Shown here piece after piece: positions 59,501 through 64,000 of a DNA stretch of 64,000 bases. A program made the translations under genes and the position numbers. Source of the DNA: an uncultured delta proteobacterium. GTDB lineage: Bacteria > Desulfobacterota > Binatia > Binatales > Binataceae. Every line of letters begins with the position of its first letter. Position 1 is the first letter of the stretch. A model generated the notes under the pieces. It was given only the letters and a program-made list of their open reading frames with translations. It did no database searches and had not been told where the DNA came from. Where the stretch lies: positions 672,001-736,000 of the forward strand of contig CAVQEQ010000004.1 in NCBI GenBank assembly GCA_963711565.1, given 5' to 3'.

Positions 59501-60736
59501 GTAGATGAGTGTCTGGCAGCTGGCGCGGAAGACAGCCTGCTCGAGGGTCGGCCTACCAGCGGTATGGTTCCCAGCGCACTCGGTCAGCTCGAGTTTGAGC
59601 AGTTGTATCCGCCATCTCCACAGCCGATTGAAAATAATCCACTCAACGCGCTTGCACACAAGGAGCTGCTCACGTTCGCCAAGAACACGATCGATTTCAA
59701 TCTATTGACGAACGTCAACCATCACCAATCGATGCCCCTGACCAGCCGCAACGGGCTGGGTGATTGGGAACCAAAAGTCACCGACGGCTACGGCTACACC
59801 GTTACCGCAGGCAGCTTTGCTTACCCTAGTTCACCTTCCTGTAAGGTCGCGCCTCCGGACAAGGCTCCGGGAATTAGCAAGATCGTGGACCTGACCTTGA
59901 CCGACATAGTCAATGCCGAAAGCATCACAACCAAGAACCCTTTCTATGTGCAATTGGGTATTTGCTATACCGACAAGGACGGTAATCATCCTGATCCATC
60001 CGCGGTAAACGGCCCTTTGTTTTCGATTTCGAAAGGCTATCGTTCATATGGTGGCGGAAACGTGGTTCCAAATGACGATCTCAATGAATACTGGGGCGGC
60101 CCTCTAGCCTGCGACGGACTCGACAACTCGCTAGCCGTACAAAACGGGGATAAGCCGGAAGATACCAAGACCATGCCTTCGCAGTGTCCCTCAGCGTCGT
60201 CTACGGGCTCTCCGGTGTTCACCGGTTTTAATCCGGTCCAGAATTACGCGGACATGACTATGTCTACCCCCGGTATGCCAAGTACACCGAACGGACCTCC
60301 GATCCTCAACAATTACTACTATGACAAAGCCAACGGGTGGTTGTTCGTGTGGGTCGCGCAGACCGAGCCCAACGCCCAAGGGCCATCGCCGCTCGGGAAT
60401 TGCACGGGTAACAAAGCGACGGATCCGATCTATTGTCCGAGCCAAACCACCGGCGAGAGCTACTATGTCTGTCCTGCGGAGGGCTGTCCGTCTTATCGAA
60501 TTGTCTTGAACGATCCGAACTATAAACCCGGCATGTCCAGCTGCGGAGATCCTTATTCAGCGCAAGAAGGATATGAATGGCCGGCGGGCCCGATGAACCA
60601 GAACACTTTGGCTCTGGTTAACACCACAACGCCGTTGGTTCAGGCGCAGATGCAGGGGAAACAGGTCGGTACCAACTTCCCATTTCCCCACTATACGGCC
60701 GATCCCCCGCTGACGTGTCCCTTGACTACACCGTGA
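56591..60736 (+). CDS. Large secreted or anchored G8-domain / parallel beta-helix protein (TMEM2/CEMIP-like)
   Basis: N-terminal TM, GTLQIG, GVDERAEVGLISRNI, GKEQLGSYPIHFH, SIHHSYNKCIAIH, GFMIYDGP. Cys-rich. Confidence 0.8.
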   Translation: MNPFSARNRTDRASEPGRRASRRRSLWLGLILVLIALSPLSLNLKAASPPPPLIGFSPQAGTSVLPANELAACANPGYTSLSQCIDKQDKDNVVIGEGAKKALCKTNVVADEASYAFGKITIGAGGLLLVPDQTAQTPVSITTTGINVAGTLQIGDPACPIGTTSPADKVTITFTGDKKTCSGGCDGSVKGIEVEKNGSLIMYGLKGAPNPSVSPASPGVSWTYLTAPAGPTTYNSTAGVLSPVPSEGTTTLQLASDVTGPNGWKMGDWIAVATTSFSPFETEFVQLAGNPTVVVAGVSSSVTLMQPLKFYHFGGTAPSTGSTGKCTKNPTLPDSYCDPSTQNFGVDERAEVGLISRNIKLTADTAATGDSRHWGGELRFVMGYKQVALQGVEIEKFGKEQLGSYPIHFHMDGSLPADSGSGGTLVNANSIHHSYNKCIAIHETNNLVIQNNVCARITGNIFYEEIGDETNTTFTGNLGMGAMSNWFNVHETVDSTRDNLISTYYWPGDNLQTVTSFNQFNIRDTDNQFSKEIAEGLPRVRGSCGTFGPQGKIDLNRPFTKDHTFCDPDQGEVYFEPPNGFWILNPSTKLMNNSIAGCQDVGKAYWYVPPKDSSSTAAKFIPIGMQYSGPDPSKFGLFQNNRGHGCYSGVYGEDDGLVTSDQLFGYQDGVHDASHQAVVDEFDGLTLSRIKDRGVWLRPSFFVVKDARVATSRDGVSTVTSGGVDGNYPGVWGMLLDSVVVGISMNNVDRWGPCGSKVLVPGFPQSRGGDMGCIDQTVPKNGTSKTGGEFTDRGYPTPDWPMFGFMIYDGPPLIITDRFVNFRAAPGSTATTGFTAAKLLTTADNCILTGCPNQTPAVMPWGFYGIPGCPTNPLGYSIYEGDAALGWFNVNQSSYPAATTTDNLTFTNVDLRHQIYTAQVNRGGFTDGDENTTIVDLDGSLSGIVALDPDGNPLPTISLNNLGINASSNSVDECLAAGAEDSLLEGRPTSGMVPSALGQLEFEQLYPPSPQPIENNPLNALAHKELLTFAKNTIDFNLLTNVNHHQSMPLTSRNGLGDWEPKVTDGYGYTVTAGSFAYPSSPSCKVAPPDKAPGISKIVDLTLTDIVNAESITTKNPFYVQLGICYTDKDGNHPDPSAVNGPLFSISKGYRSYGGGNVVPNDDLNEYWGGPLACDGLDNSLAVQNGDKPEDTKTMPSQCPSASSTGSPVFTGFNPVQNYADMTMSTPGMPSTPNGPPILNNYYYDKANGWLFVWVAQTEPNAQGPSPLGNCTGNKATDPIYCPSQTTGESYYVCPAEGCPSYRIVLNDPNYKPGMSSCGDPYSAQEGYEWPAGPMNQNTLALVNTTTPLVQAQMQGKQVGTNFPFPHYTADPPLTCPLTTP

Positions 60737-60982
60737 GTCACGCTCAAAAGGTTATTAGCTAGTGGCGCATCACTGAGTATAGTAAGTGCATACTCACTAC
60801 TAATTAGCGTAGCTAATTTGACACCTTTCAAACGAAGGGAGTAAGCTTTGATTCGTCGGAATCGTAAAACGAATCGAGCCCGACTTTGATCCAGCCCGAC
60901 CTGTGGCCCTTTTGCTCGCCTTTGACCACGCTCCGCTAGACCAACACAAATTGTAAGTCATCAAGGCTTGAGGGAGACCCCA

Positions 60983-61363
60983 ATGGGACGACCTCGTTTC
61001 CATCCAATGCGGAATGGTCTGGCCGCTATCGCTGTGGCTGGTGCGATGCTACTGAGCGTCGCCGCACCCGCCGCAGCTGCTCCATGGCAGCAAGCGTGGG
61101 GCGACTACGACAAACAACAGCAATGGCACGACGCAAGTTGGTGGCTGCAAAACCAGCATGAATGGGTCGTCTCGCATCATCCCGAATGGACTGACAACTA
61201 CGCCGCAACCCCCGGGCAAATTGGCGATTCTGACCGATTCCACGGACGGCACTATGGCGACGGCGGGACGGATCGTACAGACGCGGTAGCACTCGAGGCC
61301 GTGAAGAACGAGCGACTAAAGGCATCGACAAAAACTGAAGCATCAGTCAAGAACGCTTCGTGA
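60983..61363 (+). CDS. Small secreted Trp/His-rich protein
   Basis: RBS AGGGAG, signal peptide, WGDYDKQQQWHDASWWLQNQHEWVVSHHPEW. Confidence 0.6.
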   Translation: MGRPRFHPMRNGLAAIAVAGAMLLSVAAPAAAAPWQQAWGDYDKQQQWHDASWWLQNQHEWVVSHHPEWTDNYAATPGQIGDSDRFHGRHYGDGGTDRTDAVALEAVKNERLKASTKTEASVKNAS

Positions 61364-61380
61364 ATTGTAAAGGAAAAGAT

Positions 61381-61728
61381 ATGAAAAGGATCAACTACGG
61401 AAAAATGGCAATGGCCTTTGGCGGAATCATGATCGCAACGCTTGCCGTGGGATGCTATGGCGGCGGGTCCGGATATTCCGGCGGATACGGCTACAACAGC
61501 AGCTATGCCAGCTATGGGAACTCCTATCCTTATAGCGGTTACTCCAGTCCACGAAACTATGGCAACTCATATACCACCGGCTATCAGAACGGAGTACGAG
61601 CTGATGCGAATCGCGACCACGGCGAAGATCGCGCGACCGGGCAGCGTGCCGTAGCTGTAAATCGCGATAGCGCGGTGGCACGAACTGAGACGACGCATTC
61701 CAACGTCGATCGCACTGAGAAAAACTAG
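61381..61728 (+). CDS. Small Gly/Tyr/Ser-rich lipoprotein
   Basis: RBS AGGA, lipobox LAVGC, GY-rich low complexity. Confidence 0.6.
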   Translation: MKRINYGKMAMAFGGIMIATLAVGCYGGGSGYSGGYGYNSSYASYGNSYPYSGYSSPRNYGNSYTTGYQNGVRADANRDHGEDRATGQRAVAVNRDSAVARTETTHSNVDRTEKN

Positions 61729-62351
61729 CCGTCGGTGCTTGCCGCTATGAACTCAGCCACGAGCGCGATAGCCGCGCGAACGTTGTCGGCTTCGGTGCGG
61801 CCGCTGCGTGCGCGCGGCTTGAAGGAATGATCGCCATCTTCGATCCACTCGATCCGAATTGCGGGCGATAGTTTATAGCCGCCGACATCTTGCGGACTGC
61901 CGAAGCTGTCTCGCGTCCCCTGGACAATCAACGTCGGGGTCCGCAGCGTCTCCAGATGCTTCGTTCGCGTCTTCTCAGGTTTGCCCGCCGGATGAAACGG
62001 ATAGCCGAGGCAGACCACGCCGCGCACCGCTACGTCGTCAGCGACCATGCTCGCAATTCTGCCACCCATCGACTTGCCGCCGATCACGAGCGTGCTGCCG
62101 CCACCGGCCTCGCCGATCGCATCACGAAACGACTGCATCAACACGCTCGGCGGATCCGGTGCTCCCCCCTTGCCAGTCTCCCGCCGCCGCTGCATGTAAG
62201 GAAACTCAAATCGGATCACCCGTACGCCGGACGCTGCAACTCCTTCTGCGACACGCTGCATGAAAAGCGAATCCATCGGCGCGCCCGCGCCATGCACAAA
62301 CAAAAACGATTTCGTCGCCGCCTTTGGTCCATCGATAATCAGCGCCGCCAT
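61725..62351 (-). CDS. Alpha/beta hydrolase (KANL3/Tex30-like)
   Basis: HGAGAPMDS, RFEFPY, GGKSMGGR, LGYPFHP, QGTRD, DGDHS. Confidence 0.88.
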   Translation of the reverse strand: MAALIIDGPKAATKSFLFVHGAGAPMDSLFMQRVAEGVAASGVRVIRFEFPYMQRRRETGKGGAPDPPSVLMQSFRDAIGEAGGGSTLVIGGKSMGGRIASMVADDVAVRGVVCLGYPFHPAGKPEKTRTKHLETLRTPTLIVQGTRDSFGSPQDVGGYKLSPAIRIEWIEDGDHSFKPRARSGRTEADNVRAAIALVAEFIAASTDG

Positions 62352-62612
62352 GACGTTGAATCATCGAACGCTCGCTGCATCCGCGCAACCAAATTCGACT
62401 TTTGTTTTTGGAGTGTGTTGCGAGAATGGAGTGTGCGGATGCTGCCTGCGACGATGCCCTCAGGACTCGGTCGCGTCAATGCCGGAGAAGCAAATCGCCG
62501 AAGGCATCCGCCGCTTCGCCTCCGTCGTCAACTCACTCTGAAAACTCGGAGTCCTATCGATCGTCTGGAGGATGACCGATAGGACTCCACCAAATGTCAC
62601 TCGGGCCGCGCC

Positions 62613-63335
62613 CTAGGATGACCATCCTTGTCGATTATAGTAGTTCACCATCTGCTCAACGATCTGGTCGGTCGTCTTGTCCACCAGGTAGCCGGTGGAC
62701 GACGTTATGTTCTTCACGCCTCCCGCGGCGATGTTCACACCGATGCTTGCAGCCGCGGCTGCTCCGCCCGCTGCTGCGCCTGCCGGCCCCGTGATTCCCG
62801 CTCCCGGCATGTAGCCGCTGTCAGCACTGGTGGCAAAGTCGATCAGCTCGCTTGAACCCTGGGGAGTCTTCTGAATGACCTGGACCACGGTATCGACCTT
62901 GGAAGCCCCCGCGCCGAGCCCGATGACCATCCGCCGAAGCCGGTTGCCTTCGCTGATGTCAGTGAATTGGCCATCCAGCACCAGGACGTTGTCGCCCGTA
63001 GGAGGAACTCCGCGCTGCAGGCACGTAGTAGTGATGCCCTTTTGCGTCAGGTTCGCTGCGACCCGGACGCAGATGTTCTGCGCCGTCTGGTGGGCTAGCT
63101 CGACCTGTTGGGCACTCTGGTCTTCGCCGGACATGTTTCTGTAGGCCACCTGGAAGATACTGGAGTTAAGTGAGACATCGGACGCATCGACCGCAAACGG
63201 ATAGACGACGACCGCAGTTGGCGGCGTTGCAGTGATGGGTGCTGTCGAACTTTGCTGCGTGACCTGCGCCCCCGCGCATCCGAATGCCGCGATAGCTAGT
63301 AGCACGTACGCTCGATTGAGAATTTGAGACCTCAT
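62613..63335 (-). CDS. DUF4410 family lipoprotein
   Basis: Lipobox AFGC, GQFTDISEGNRLRRMVIGLGAGAS, SGYMPG. Confidence 0.8.
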   Translation of the reverse strand: MRSQILNRAYVLLAIAAFGCAGAQVTQQSSTAPITATPPTAVVVYPFAVDASDVSLNSSIFQVAYRNMSGEDQSAQQVELAHQTAQNICVRVAANLTQKGITTTCLQRGVPPTGDNVLVLDGQFTDISEGNRLRRMVIGLGAGASKVDTVVQVIQKTPQGSSELIDFATSADSGYMPGAGITGPAGAAAGGAAAAASIGVNIAAGGVKNITSSTGYLVDKTTDQIVEQMVNYYNRQGWSS

Positions 63336-63425
63336 AATACTCCTCTTCTTGGTTGGCTTAGCTTCTTTGCGGTTCTTTTCGAGTTCAATTTCGATCGCAT
63401 AGCGTCCATTAAACTAAAACTCAGC

Positions 63426-64000
63426 TTATAGTTGTAGCTGCGGCATCAGCACGTTTACCTGGAATCGTAAGCCGAATTGTTCGACTTGAGTGGTAAATTG
63501 TCGATAAGCCATCCATTCGCCGGAAAACGACGTATCGATTGAGTAACCCTTGTCGAATTTCCAGACTTTCCCAAACCCTGCACTAAGCGGTATTTGCGTC
63601 GAAGTCTTGTGCCGCCAGTTGATTGTCCAGGTCGAGTCGCTCGATTTCAAATACCAACCGCTGCCCACCTGATAGGACAGCATCGGTTGAATCTGAAGCG
63701 AACTTTGCGGCACCGAATGCGACGACGAGTACGCAAACGAGGTGTTCTGCTGAAACAGTCCCGCAATATTCAGCCCTGGAATTCGCTTATAGGAGAAAGC
63801 CCAGGCCGGCCCATCTGCCACGCTCCCCTGCCGGTGTACTGGCTGGTGGAGGTCGGGAATACGAAAGTTGGTCCGAATCCCCAGCGGAAAAGAGTCTCCT
63901 TTTCGTTCGGCCATGGCATCACGAACAGGTCGAGAAGTTGGAAGTCGTCGAGCGCTGTGGTCGTTGACGCGCCCTTGTTGCGAGGAACTGTGACGACTTG
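63426..64000 (-). pseudogene. Outer-membrane beta-barrel-like protein (5' end outside window), frameshift at about 63811
   Basis: GFGPTFVFPTSTSQYTGRGAWQM joins GPAWAF..LQIQPMLSY..QIPLSAGFGKV..LRFQVNVL after a one-base shift. Confidence 0.65.

Overview
GC-rich bacterial chromosome segment. The gene repertoire resembles Candidatus Binatota or related Deltaproteobacteria-like soil lineages (inference). Positions 1-26.8 kb are mostly core-type genes: the end of a Tad pilus operon (tadA/B/C), Bcp, HAD hydrolase, a sensor-less sigma-54 activator with its own sigma-54 promoter, xdhC and a MocA-like gene, an ECF sigma/anti-sigma unit, a TetR-operator-led GST/sulfatase/haloalkane-dehalogenase operon, hydrolases, sirtuin, two GT-C glycosyltransferases, dCMP deaminase, M50 protease, DUF62 and mpg. 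A tRNA-Gly(CCC) at 26815-26889 is followed by a 1.5 kb integrase-less islet bounded by a duplicate of the tRNA 3' end. The islet holds a multi-hairpin leader RNA and an APH-fold protein lacking its catalytic aspartates. From 28.4 kb onward lies an accessory cell-envelope cluster: CYTH-like protein, FadL, OmpA lipoprotein, arylsulfatase, DUF3313, GAF histidine kinase with FixJ-type regulators, octaheme-TPR cytochrome, GH-A glycosidase, DUF2092, pqiAABC, DUF3300/DUF2950, K+ channel, DUF4239 and a G8/TMEM2-like protein. Four of its promoter regions share the palindrome ATTGnAC-TTTG-GTnCAAT. The cluster also carries a 158-bp MITE and several deletion scars. Four single-base frameshifts may be assembly errors. 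Family assignments come from motif recognition by eye, not database searches.
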